Assembly: GCF_030144855.1 (NCBI RefSeq)
Contig: NC_082712.1
Span: 11,842,001-11,906,000, forward strand
Length of the DNA: 64,000 nucleotides
Reading direction: 5' to 3'
Source of the DNA: Hypanus sabinus
Lineage: Eukaryota
Shown: in pieces, positions 11,255-22,961 of the stretch
Numbering within the stretch: the stretch's first letter is position 1
Layout of the letters: each line of letters begins with the position of its first letter
Position numbers and translations under genes: made by a program
The notes under the pieces: model-generated
What the model was told of the DNA's origin: nothing
Seen by the model: the letters and a program-made list of their open reading frames with translations, nothing else
The model's database searches: none

Positions 11255-14200
11255 TTTTTTATTGCATTTTTAAGTAGTTACAAAATGAAGTATGGAAAAA
11301 CAATGTATATATACCCTTCCCCCCTCCCCTTATCCCCTCCCCCCTACCTGCCCTATAGAGAAAGAAAGAAAGAAAGATTGCCTGGTTGTTGGAAGATCTC
11401 CACATGCTCCATGGAATTCGTAATAACTTTAATATGTATATTTATTTCTTTCCCCTAATAACCAATTGTTTCATCTTCAGAGCATCTATATATTTAATCC
11501 TGTCTTTTGTAAATAAGGGCTCCAAATTTTCAAAAATGTTTCATATTTATCTCTTAAATTATACATAATTTTTTCTAATGGAATACAACCATAAATTTAT
11601 TTCTTCCAAGAATCTATACTTAAATATGTATCTGATTTCCAAGTAACTGCAATAGCTTTTTTGGCTACTGCCAGTGCAATTTTTATAAATTCTTTCTGCT
11701 ATTTATTTAGTTTGAGTTTTGGTTTTATCCCTTCAATATCACCTAATAAGAGTAATATTGGATTATGAGGAAATTGTATTCCTGTAATTTGTTCCAGTAA
11801 AAGTCTTAAATTTGTCCAAAAAGGTTGAATTTTAGAACAAGACCATGTAGAATGTAAAAAAGTACCAGTTTCCTGGTTACATCGGAAACACTGATCCGAT
11901 AAGTTTGGATTTAATTTATTTATTTTTTGTGGTGTAATATATAATTGATGTAGGAAATTATACTGCACTAATCTTAACCGAACATTTATTGTATTTGTCA
12001 TGCTATCAAGACATAGTCTTGACCAATGTGTTTCTTCAATTTTAATATTCAAATCACTTTCCCATTTTTGTCTTGACTTATGAACTCCTTGTTTAATTGC
12101 CTGTTTTTGAATCAAATTATACATACAAGATACAAATTTTTTTAATATTTCCTTTTTGAATTAAAATTTCTATTTCATTAGGTTTTGGCAATAACATTGT
12201 TTGACCTAATTTTTCTCTTAAATAAGCCCTTAATTGAAAGTAACAAAATAAAGTATTATTTGATACTTTATATTTATTCTTTAATTGATCAAATGACATT
12301 AATATACCTCCTTCAAAACAATTCCCTATATATCTAATCCCTTTTTGAATCCAATTATATAAAAGTTGATTGTCCATTGTGAAAGGAATAAGTCTATTTT
12401 GAATTAAAGATCTCTTTGCTAATAAAGATTTTTTTGTCTCATCATCAACATTTATCTTATTCCATAAATCAATCAAATGTTTTAATATAGGAGATTCTTT
12501 CTTTTCCCGTATCCATTTAGATTCCCATTTGTATATAAAATCTTCTGGTACGTTTTCTCCTATTTTATCTCGTTCTATTCTAACCCATGCCGGTTTATCT
12601 TTCTCGAAAAAAGATGCAATAAATCTAAGTTGATTTGCTTTATAATAATTCTTAAAATTTGGAAGTTGTAATCCTCCTAGATCAAATTTCCATGTCAATT
12701 TTTCCAACGATATTCTTGACATCTTACCTTTCCAGAGAAATTTCCTCACATATTTGTTTAACTCTTGAAAAAACTTCTGGGGTAATTGTATTGGTAATGA
12801 TTGAAATAAATATTGTAGTCTAGGGAATATATTCATTTTTATAGTATTTACTCTACCTACTAATGTTATTGGTAATGCCATCCATTTATCAAGATCTTCC
12901 TGAATTTTTTTCAGAAGTAGTAAATAATTTAATTTGTATGTTTTTTATGTCATTATCAACTCTTATACCTAAATATTTTATACCATTTGCTGGCCATCTA
13001 AATTGAGTTATTAATCGACATTGATTATAATCTCCTTTAGTAAGAGGTAACATTTCACTTTTATCCCAATTTATTTTATAACCTGATATTTTCCCATATT
13101 CTTCTAATCTATAGGATAATTTGCGTAGTGAATGTAGTGGATCTGTTAAATAAAGTAGAACATCATCAGCAAATAAGTTAATCTTATATTCTTCCTGATT
13201 AACTCTGAAACCCTTAATATCTGGATCCATTCTAATTAATTCAGCTAGTGGTTCTATTGCCAACACAAACAAAGCAGGTGATAATGGGCAACCTTGCCTA
13301 GTTGATCTTGTTAACTGAAATGATGTTGAAATTTGACCATTTGTCACTACTTTAGCTTTGGGATTAGTATTTAAGGTTTTAATCCATTTTATAAATGATG
13401 TTCCTAATCCATATTTTTCCAATACCTTAAATAAAAAATCCCATTCCAATCTATCAAATGCTTTTTCTGCATCTAAAGCAACTGCCACACTCATTTCCTC
13501 CCTCTTTTGCGCTAAATGGATTGTACTAAATAACCGGGTTACATTATCTGCCGATTGTCTATTTTTGATAAATCCTGTTTGATCCATATGCACTAATTTT
13601 GGTAAGCATTTAGATAATCTATTAGATAAGATTTTTGCTATTATTTTATAATCGGTGTTTAATAAAGAAATAGGTCTATATGATGCTGGTTTTAAAAGGT
13701 CTCTATCTTTTTTTGGCAATACTATTAAAATAGCTGTTGAAAAAGATTCTGGAAGTTTATGCGTTCTTTCCGCTTGATATATTAACTCCATAAAAGGAGG
13801 AATTAATAAATCTTTAAACTTTTTATAAAATTCAGGTGGAAAACCATCTTCTCCTGGAGATTTATTACTTTGAAGTGATCCCAAAGCTTCCTCAACTTCC
13901 TTCAATGTAAAAGGCCTATCTAATCCCTTTTGTTCTTCTGTATTTAATTTTGGAAGAGTTATTTGTGATAAAAATTCTTCTATCTTAACATCATCATTCT
14001 TTGATTCTGATTTATACAACTCAGAATAAAAATTCTTAAAAGCCTCATTAATTTCTAGAGGCTTATAAGTAATTTCATTCACTTTTGTTCGAATTGCATT
14101 TATTGCTTTGGAAATCTGATCTGTTTTTAACTGCCATGCAAGAACTTTATGTGATCTTTCATCTAGTTCATAATATCTCTGTTTAGTTCTCATAATTACT

Positions 14201-15643
14201 TTTTCTGTTCGATATGTCTGGAGTGTATTATATTTTAACTTCTTATTAATAAGTTGTCTTCATTTTTCTTCTGTCATATTTCTTTGAGATTCTTTTTCTA
14301 ATTTTGTAATCTCTTTTTCCAATTGATCTATTTCTATCATATATTCCTTCTTAATTTTAGATGTATAACTTTTTATCTGGCCTCTCAAATATGCTTTCAT
14401 TGCTTCCCATAATATAAATTTATCATCAACTGAATGTAAATTTGTATCTAAAAAAAACTGAATCTGCTTTTTCATAAAAGCACAAAAATCTTGACGTTTT
14501 AATAGAATTGAATTAAATCTCCATCTATAAATTGATTCCTCTTTATCTATCATTGTCATTATTAAAGGAGAGTGATCAGACAATATTCTTGCTTTATATT
14601 CCACATTTTTCACTCTATCTTGAGTATTTGTTGATAATAGGAAAAAATCTATCCTAGAGTATGTTTTATGTCTATTTGAATAGAATGAATAATCCCTTTC
14701 TTTTGGATTGATTCTTCTCCATATATCAATCAAATTTAAATCTTTCATCAATGATAGAGTTAATTTTGCTACTTTTGATTTTGTAATAGCCTTTGTTGAT
14801 CTATCTAAAACTGGATCTAAACAAAAATTAAAATCTCCACCTATTAATATTTTATCATGTGCGTTAGCCAAATTCACAAAAACCTCCTGTATAAATTTTA
14901 CATCATTTTCATTTGGTGCATAAATATTCATAAGAGTCCATAGTTCTGAAAAAATTTGACAATGTATAATTAAATATCTTCCTGCCGAATCAGTTAATAC
15001 ATTTTGTATTTTAATTGGTAAATTTTTATTAACCAAAATTGCAACTCCTCTCGCCTTTGAGTTAAATGAAGCTGCAATAACATTTCCAACCCAGTCTCTT
15101 TTTAATTTCTGATGTTCTATATCCGTTAAATGAGTTTCTTGTAAGAAAGCTATATCTATTTTCATTTTATTAATATATGTTAAAATTCTTTTTCTTTTTA
15201 TTGGTCCATTAAGCCCATTAACATTAAAACTTTAAAAATTCAATAGATTAGTCATTATTTTTAATTATGTTACTCCAATTTATAATAATATCTAATCTTT
15301 CAACTTTCATTGTATCCTGGGAAATCTTTTTAGAAGTCTCCATGTTGCTATGTGTGTCCCCACCAATCATCCAGGCAAAAGAATAGAAGAAAAATAGAAA
15401 GTAAAGAAAAAAACAAAATACCCCCCTACTAATGTTGTGAAAGAAAAAAAACACAACATTACCCCCCTCTATTGTACGGGTCATGGCAATCGCCATGATT
15501 ACACACGTGAATCCCGTAGTAACCAATTCAAAGCTCCCCAACCCCCCCGCAACATAAAAAGTATATATATTAAAAAAACATACTATTCTCAGTTATTATT
15601 TCTAAAATTTTACTTTTCTCCCTTATATCATCCTTAAATGTCG
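11255..15643 (-). mobile_element. 5'-truncated L1 LINE (ORF2 about 15255 to 11500; no ORF1)
   Basis: APE motifs (NVNGLN, FLQETH, GGDFN, SRIDFF, SDH), RT motifs (YRPISLLN, LDAEKAFD, RQGCPLSP, LFADD) and CFRC..H..WSC knuckle. AATAAA plus A-tail at ~11255-11263; 12-bp TSD ACTTACATTCTT at 11243-11254 and 15644-15655. At least two stops and two frameshifts. Confidence 0.95.
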
Positions 15644-15662
15644 ACTTACATTCTTCATATTG

Positions 15663-15663
<1 letters not shown>

Positions 15664-15698
<35 letters not shown>
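15664..15698. repeat. (TATC)n microsatellite
   Basis: Direct reading of about eight TATC units. Confidence 0.95.
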
Positions 15699-15949
15699 TA
15701 CTTGTTATTTTTTGACAGCTGGTCTTCTTTTGCACAATGGTTACTTGTCAGTTCTAACTTTACTCGCTTTTTCCCTCTCAGGGACAATTCATCCCTTTAA
15801 ACCCACCCACCACTGTGAGACCCGTTAACAGGTGTCGGCCATTTGTCTGACCGACCCTGCTCCCCCAGACAACACAATCATGATGGACCGTTCACCTCAG
15901 GATCCTTCATCTTTAATCTCTTTGCCATTAGGAGACTATGCAGGACCTC

Positions 15950-16145
15950 AGAAAGTCAGGCAACATCTATGAATAGAAATAAACCATTGACATTTCTGGC
16001 CAAGATCCTTCATCAGGACTAGACTGACAAAGGGTTTCACTCCAAAATACCAGCTGTTTATTCCTTTCCATTGATACTTACTGATTTGCTGAATTCCTCC
16101 AGCTTGTTTTTGTGTGTTACACTGGGATTCCATCATCTGCAGAAT
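15950..16145. repeat. Inverted pair of Penelope terminal repeats, both hammerhead cores partly decayed
   Basis: Minus: TAGTC CTGATGA AGGATCTTGGCCA GAA ATGT C. Immediately followed on plus by CTGACAA AGGGTTTCACTCC AAAA..ctgaattcctccagc. Confidence 0.65.
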
Positions 16146-16519
16146 GTTCAAAGGTTCATTTTATCATCAAGGTATATATGCATAATAGAACTCTGAAATT
16201 TGTCTTCTCCAGGTAGCCATAGAGCACAGAAAATCATCTGTTGGAAGACATCAATGCCCTCCTGCATGAAAAGAAATAAACAAAAACCCACAAACCACGA
16301 ACACCCCAAACCCTCCCTTACACAAAAACTACAGATCACCCAAACCCCAGCCCGCCAATCTGCAGCAAGAAATAATGGGCGAGACCATGAGAAAAAAACA
16401 TAGAACTGTAAGAGGCCAATATGAACTACAGTCCAATCCATAAATCTCAGAATTTCAATAACATCTCCAAGAAAATCAGGAGTTGTCTCAGGATGCAAGC
16501 AGATTATGTCCACAAGACT

Positions 16520-17815
16520 ATAAATCATAGGCACAGAGTTTGGCCATTTGGCCCATCAAGTCTGCTCTGCCACTCAATCCTGGTCAATCCTTTCTCTCCC
16601 TCCTCAGCCCCGCTCCCCAGCCCATTCCTCGTAATCTTTGATGCCCTGTCCAGTCAAGAAGTTATCAATCACTGCCTTAAAAACCCCAGTGACTTGCTCA
16701 GTACAGCTGTCTGTGGTGACAAATTCCACAAATTCATCACCCTCTGACAAAAGAAATGTCTCCACATCTCTGTTTTAAATGGACACCCCTCTATCATAAG
16801 ATTGTGCCCTCTCCCCTATCATGGAAAACTTTCTTTCCGCATCTACTCTGTGCAGACCTTTCAACATTTGGAAGGTTTCAATGAGGTCACCCCCCCCCCA
16901 TCCATCTAAATTCCAGTGAGTACAGTCCCAGAGCCATCAAACGTTCATCATATGATTACCCTTTTGTTTCCAGAATTATCCTTGTGAACCTGCCCTGAAC
17001 CCTCCCCAATGCCAGCACATCTTTTCTCAGATGAGGAGTCCAAGACTGGTCACAATACTCATGATGAGGCCTCACCAATAGGTTCAATAGGTACATTTAA
17101 TGCCAGAGAAATCCATACAATATACATCCTGAAATTCCTTTTCTTCACTAACATCCATGAAAACAGACGAGTGCCCCAAAGCATGAATGACAGTTAAACA
17201 TTAGAACCCAAAGCCCTCCCCAGCACCCCGCTCCCTCGCACAAGCAGCAGCAAGACAAAGCCCCCCCCCACCCCAGCAAAGCATCAATAAAGACACAGAC
17301 TTGCAGTACCCCAAAGACTATCCGTTCCCCTGGCAATTCGACATACCACAGGTTCCCTCTCCCACTTATAAGGGAAAAAGAGATGTTCCCATATCTCAGC
17401 GAGAGGGGATGCATAATGAAAAACTGATTTATGATCTTAAAAGTTTGCTGCGTTGCATTTTCCGAGCTCTGCGCCCAGAGAATCGGCCCCGAGGCTCAAG
17501 TCCTGGACACACAATAGACAATAGGTGCAGGAGTAGGCCGTTTGGCCCTTCGAGTCAGCACCACCATTCAATGTGATCATGGTTGATCATCCAGAATCAA
17601 TACCCCGTTCCTGCCTTCTTTCCATATCCCTTGACTCAGCTATCTTTAAGAACTTTACCTAACTCTTTCTTGAAAGCATCCAGAGAATTGGCCTCCACTG
17701 CCTTCTGAGGCAGAGCATTCCATAGATCCACAACTCTCTGGGTGAAAAGGTTTTTCCTCAACTCTGTTCTAAATGGCCTACCCCTTATTCTTAAACTGTG
17801 GCCTCTGGTTCTGGA
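16520..17815 (-). mobile_element. Cluster of CR1 3'-end fragments (16520-17090 and 17510-17815) around an unclassified repeat
   Basis: RIRGRPFRTELRKNLFTQRVVDLWNALP (17636-18010 frame) and CR1-type tails (caatagacaataggtgcaggagtagg). Confidence 0.7.
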
Positions 17816-18134
17816 ACACAACAGGCAGCTAACCCACTGCTCCTGATGTTCCATGTTCTCCCGCAATGCCTCAGTCAGGGGCACCGGCCTTGAATTTCCC
17901 GTCTCCAGAACCTCGAAAATCCGGCACCCTGACAGCGAGCTTGCAGGCCTCGTCCTTGGGGAATCAAAAAGCGCCGGTCGTGAGGCCCTGAGAGCGGGTC
18001 CCATTCCCACAAAGAACCAAAGTCAGAGTGTAACTCTGGGTCAGGGTCTTAAAAAGATCCTTCAAAAGCGAAAAAAGACATATCAAAGATAGAAATAGAG
18101 CTGTTTTGGAAGATGCAAGCAAAAGAATCACCAT

Positions 18135-19995
18135 TTGGCGCCATCTTCATTTTGCTCCACCCTTCCAGTGCCTTATAAAGCTTCAGCATCACATTTTGTC
18201 ATTTTGTCACTCATAGTTCAGTCCCTCCCCACCTACATCCAGAATAAATCCCATGCCCTCCACCACTTCAATAACTTCCAGTTCCCCGGTCCCGACCACT
18301 TTATTTTCACAATGGATGTCCAATCCTTATACACTTCAATTCCTCATCTGGAAGGCCTCAACCCCCTCCACTACTTTCTGGACAACAGACCTCACCAGTT
18401 CCCCAACACCACCACACTCCTCCGGTTGGCAGAACTGGTACTCACACTTAATAACTTCTCTTTTGGCTCTTCACACTTTCTTCAGACCAAGGGTGTAGCT
18501 ATGGGCACTCGCATGGGCCCCAGCTATGCCTGCCTCTTTGTTGGTTATGTGGAAGAGTCTATGCTTCAAATCTATACTGGTGCTGCTCCCCAACTTTTCT
18601 TTCAATACATTGACAACTACATTGGTGCTGCTTCCTGCACCCATGCTGAGATCAATTTCATCGACTTTGCCTCTCACTTCCACCCAGCCCTCAAATTCAC
18701 TTGGTCCAGCTCTGACACTTCTCTCCCCTTTCTCAATCTCTGGAGACAGACTGTCCACTGACATCCTCTATAAACTGAAGGACTCTCATAACTACCTCGA
18801 CTATCCCTCTTCCCATCCTGCCAAATGCAAAAATGCTATTCCTTATTTCCAGTTCCTTCGTCTCCTCCGCATCTGGTCCCAGGTTGAGGCTTTCTGTTCC
18901 AGGACATCTCAGATGTCCTCTTTCTTTAAGGATAGTGGTTTCCCTTCTGCCGTCATCAATGGTGCCCTCACCCACATCTCCTTCCTTTCCCGAACTTCAG
19001 CCCTTACCCCATCCACCTGTCACCACAACAGGGACCGAGTTCCCCTTGTCCTCACCTACCACCTCACCAGTCTACAGATCCAGCACATTATCCTCCGCCA
19101 CTTCCGCCAATTTCAACAGGACCCCACCATTAAGCACATCTTTCCCTCTCTACCCCTCTCTGCTTTCTGCAGGGATCGTTCCCTCCACGACTCCCTGGTC
19201 CACTCATCCCTCTCCACAGATCTCCCACCTGGCACTTATCCCTGCAAGCGTAAGTGCTACACCTGTCCTTACATCTCCTCTCTTACTACCATTCAAGGCC
19301 CCAAACAGTCCTTCCAGGTGAGGCAACTCTTCACTGCTGTGTCTGTTGGGGTCATCTATTGCATTCGGTGCTCCCGGTACGGCCTCCTCTACATCGGAGA
19401 GACCCGACGCAGATTGGGGGACTGCTTCATTGCGCACCCTCGTTCCATCTGCCACAAGAAACAGGATCTCCCGGTTGCCACCCACTTCAACTCTGCTTCA
19501 CATTCCCATTCGGATATGTCCATACATGGCCACGTCTACTACCATGATGAGGCCAAACTCAGGTTGGAGGAGCAACACCTCATATACCGTCTGGGTAGTT
19601 TCCAGCCCCTTGGCATGAACATTGAATTCTCGAACTTCCGGTAAATCCCTCCCTCTCCCTTCCCCCATCCCACTTTCACTCTGACTCCTCTTCCAGCTGC
19701 CTATCACCTCCCTCATGGTTCCGCCTCCTTCTACTACCCATAGAGCTTTCCCATTACGTTCCTTCTTCACCTTTCCTGCCTATTGCCTCTGCTTCCCCTC
19801 CCCCGCCCTTCGTCCTTTCCTCTTACTGGATTTTCACCGGCACCTACAGCCTTCTCCTTCCCACCCTCACCTCACCTTCTCTATAGGGACCCTGCCCCCT
19901 CCCTCTTCATTCCTGATGAAGGGTCTTGGCCCGAAACGTTGATGCTTGTTTCCACGGATTCTGTCCAACCTGCTGAGTTCCTCCCGCGTGTGGTA
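18135..19995 (+). mobile_element. 5'-truncated Penelope-like retroelement (RT plus GIY-YIG endonuclease)
   Basis: MDVQSLYTSIP, GVAMGTRMGPSYA and YIDN (degenerate YIDD) RT motifs; frameshift near 18750; GVIYCIRC..LYIGETRR GIY-YIG; terminal repeat with hammerhead. Confidence 0.95.
19908..19944 (+). ncRNA. Minimal type I hammerhead ribozyme motif in the Penelope 3' terminal repeat
   Basis: CATTC-CTGATGA-A-GGGTCTTGGCCC-GAA-ACGT-T-GATG: intact CUGAUGA/GAAA core, stem II GGGU/GCCC, palindromic ACGU in place of stem III, GUU site, 4-bp stem I with one bulge. Confidence 0.7.
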
Positions 19996-20202
19996 CGTGT
20001 TGCATCAATCCACTGAATGCACACTTGCCACATTCCTGCAAAATTCCTCATTCTCGCAGAACTTGAGGGCACAGCCTCAAAACTGAGGAGTGACATTTTA
20101 GGACTGAGGTAAGGAGGAATTTTTTTAATCAGAGATCAGTGGATTTGTGGAATTCTCTGTAACTGACTGCTGTAGAGGCCAAGTCCGTGCATATATTTGT
20201 GT

Positions 20203-20375
20203 AGGTGTGTGGCGAAGTGGTTAAGGCTTTGGGCTAGCGATCTGAAGGTCATTAGTTCGAGCCTCAGCCGAGGCAATAGGCAGGAAAGATCAAGAAGGAA
20301 TGTAAGCGTGTGTCCTTGAGCAAGGGACTTAACCACACACTGCTCCTGCATGTTCCAAACCACCAGTGGTGGCGG
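20203..20375 (+). mobile_element. tRNA-derived SINE with a ~30-bp internal insertion
   Basis: A box TGGCGAAGTGG, B box GTTCGAGCC and gtgtccttgagcaagg..cttaacc body; paralog at 44040-44180. Confidence 0.75.
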
Positions 20376-22249
20376 TTGGACAAGACAAGGTGAAGTTGAT
20401 AGTATCCTGATCGGTCAGGGCATCAAAGGATATGGTGAAAAGGCAGGTGTATGGGGCAGAGTGGGATTAGCCATGATGGAATGGCGGAGCCGACTCGATG
20501 AGCAGAATGGCGTAATTCTGATGCTATGTTTACATTCTTATGGGAATGCAGATTGTTTCAGAAGGGTGAAACGGAGAGAAGGCCAGGACGTCTCTGTACG
20601 CTAAAAGCAGGAGTTCAGCAGTGACAGTTTGGAAGCAAATGTTACTTTGAACTTCATTGCAAGGTGATTTGAGAACAGAAGACAGAATGTTGCTGCAGCT
20701 GTACAGGGCCTTAGAGAGAACCTATCTGACGTTTGTGCAGTTTGGAGTTTGTCTTTGTTGGGATGATTTATCAGAGAGCGAATGTAGTGAAGGTGTATGA
20801 AGAAACCAGAGGGAGCAGGAATAATGCCTGATGAGAGAGTGAATTAGTTGGCCCCATAGACACTGGAGTTGAGAGGAATGTCTAAGAACTCATAGAACCT
20901 TGTAAGATTCTAACAGGACAGGATAAATATCGGAGAGCATGGAACCGGAAAACACAGACACTGGGAAATCAGAAAGCTATTTGGAAGTAGGAACAGAAAT
21001 GTCTACACCCGGCTGGTGGTAAACATATGGAGCGAGGAGGCCGGGTCTGCTGAACCGGTTTGGAAAACTGGTCTTCTCAGCCTCCCTTGGTGGATCGGTC
21101 TCGTCCACCTCTGTGGACAGAACAAGATCAATTAGCGTGATCCACGGCAGTTGTACAATGAGACCAAATCCGGCATCCCTCTTCACTTATAATTTTGGAA
21201 GGGAATAGGATCGAGACATGAACGGAATTCCCAAAGGGTAGATTTTATCGTCGGTGTCAGGGTTCGACACAGATATGGTTTTCAGCCCATGTACACATCA
21301 AATTGGAAGCTTTACAGTAACGCAGGAATAGAGGTAGTGGTGTTGATCGGAAGCCGAATGGCCTTAGGTTATAGGATAGTATTGATCGAATAGTATGGTT
21401 CTTAGATTAAGACCATAAAACAAAGGAGCAGAAATAGAAGATTCAGCCATTCTATTCTGCTCTGACATTCGACTGTGGTTAATTTACTATACCTATCAAC
21501 CACACTCTCCTGCCCTCATCCCGTATGATTCTCCGCCTTACGTATACCCAGACAGACAGACATACTTTATTGATCCCGAGGGAAATTGGGTTTCATTACA
21601 GTAAGTTCCACAGACTCAGCCACCTGTGGTGTAAGGAAATTTCTCGTAATCTCTGATCTAGGGGGACGTCTTTGTATGAATGGCAGAGTGAAGTAATTCT
21701 GGCTGTGATGCAATTTCTAGGACATAGACATTGAGTGTTGGGTTTCCGAGGATTATTCGGCAACAGACGGAAGTGGGTACAAAAATCCTGTGTGCTACGT
21801 AAATGCAACGTATTCTGTAATGGATCAAGGCTGTAAATTAAGGAGGAACCTGATTCTCAGTAATATAAGAAAAAGTTACATGACTTGAATCACTTTTCGA
21901 TTGCTAATATGTTTGAAACGGTTATGACGACAGTTTAAACTGGATTACGGTGAAGGGAGATATGGCAGAGATTCAGTCAGGAGCCAGATCTCTGAGAGAT
22001 TTGCCTCGTGGGCGAGCTTTGTGGAGAATGAGAAGAGCAGAATCACCCCGGGTTGACTGATTGCCCTGGTCCCAGTGCACGTGGGATGGCGGGAGTCGAG
22101 ACTTTCCTGTATTGCTTTTTCCGCGGAGGTCCGGGGTGACATTTTGTGCACATCAGAGATTAGATTTGTAGTTAGAACATAAAACATTACAGCAGAGTTC
22201 AGGCCCTTCGGCCCACGTCAGCCTTCTCTAAGCTCAAGCTATTATTTAT

Positions 22250-22540
22250 TATGTGATGGTTTACAGACACAGGGCTGAGCAGTCCCTACCAGCCCACCGA
22301 GCCGTGACACCTAGCACCTCACCGATGTAATCCCAGACGAACCACAGGATGATTTAAAATTAACAATTAACCTGCTGACGTCTTTAGGTTGTGGGAGAAA
22401 ACCGTAGCAACTGGAGGAAACCCACCCGCACACGGGAAGAACGTACACAGTTCCTAACAAAGGACGCCAGAAATGAACTTCGAACTGACGCCCAATGTGT
22501 AATCGCATCGTGCTAACCGCTGCGCTACTGTGGCGTCCTA
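22250..22540 (-). mobile_element. HE1/V-SINE-like SINE (also present in block B at ~45630-45850)
   Basis: Minus: acagtagcgcagcggttagcacg..gtgggtttcctccagttgctacggttttctcccaca, i.e. a tRNA-like head plus a V-domain-like core. Confidence 0.7.
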
Positions 22541-22845
22541 ACCCATCCCTCCTGCAGATCCTCACATTTGTCTCTCATTCAGTAGGTATTTAGCGGGTAC
22601 ATTCAATCCAAAAGGTATCTCAAAACGCTAAGCAGCTTACAAACACTTCTGAAGCAGTCACTCTTATGATGTACTAGTCACTCTGATGAGCATTTCTGCG
22701 GAGCTCCAACAAACAGCGATCGGGAAGCGAGTTTTTGTTGACAACTAAAGACTGGGACGCCTCAAGTGTTTGAATCACGTCCCAGCACCCACCGGCTGTC
22801 CCAGTGAATCGGATTAGAGTCACGTCACGGCCTGAGCCTTCAGCA

Positions 22846-22961
22846 TTATTACATACAGTATCCGAGTAGATCACAGTAGAGAACGTCGCCCTTCAATCAA
22901 AAGCCGAGAGTTTTCAGTCCGAGTGGGATACACAACAACAGCACGGCACAAGCGTCTGTCC
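22846..22961 (-). pseudogene. Pseudogenized transmembrane exon (paralog of 46254-46372)
   Basis: Conserved acceptor ctcactttctcttcAG|GG; translation (G)TDACAVLLLCIPLGLKTLGF*LKGDVLYCDLLGYCM* with TGA at 22897-22899. Confidence 0.75.

Noticed and set aside
20203-20280. Functional tRNA gene
   Set aside because: The A/B boxes lead into a SINE body, and no complete acceptor stem or Pol III terminator is present; the same applies to 44040-44180.
21960-22000. In-frame TGA shared by both duplicates as a possible selenocysteine codon
   Set aside because: The frame is not established, both copies have frameshifts and other shared stops (TAG), and no SECIS was recognised.
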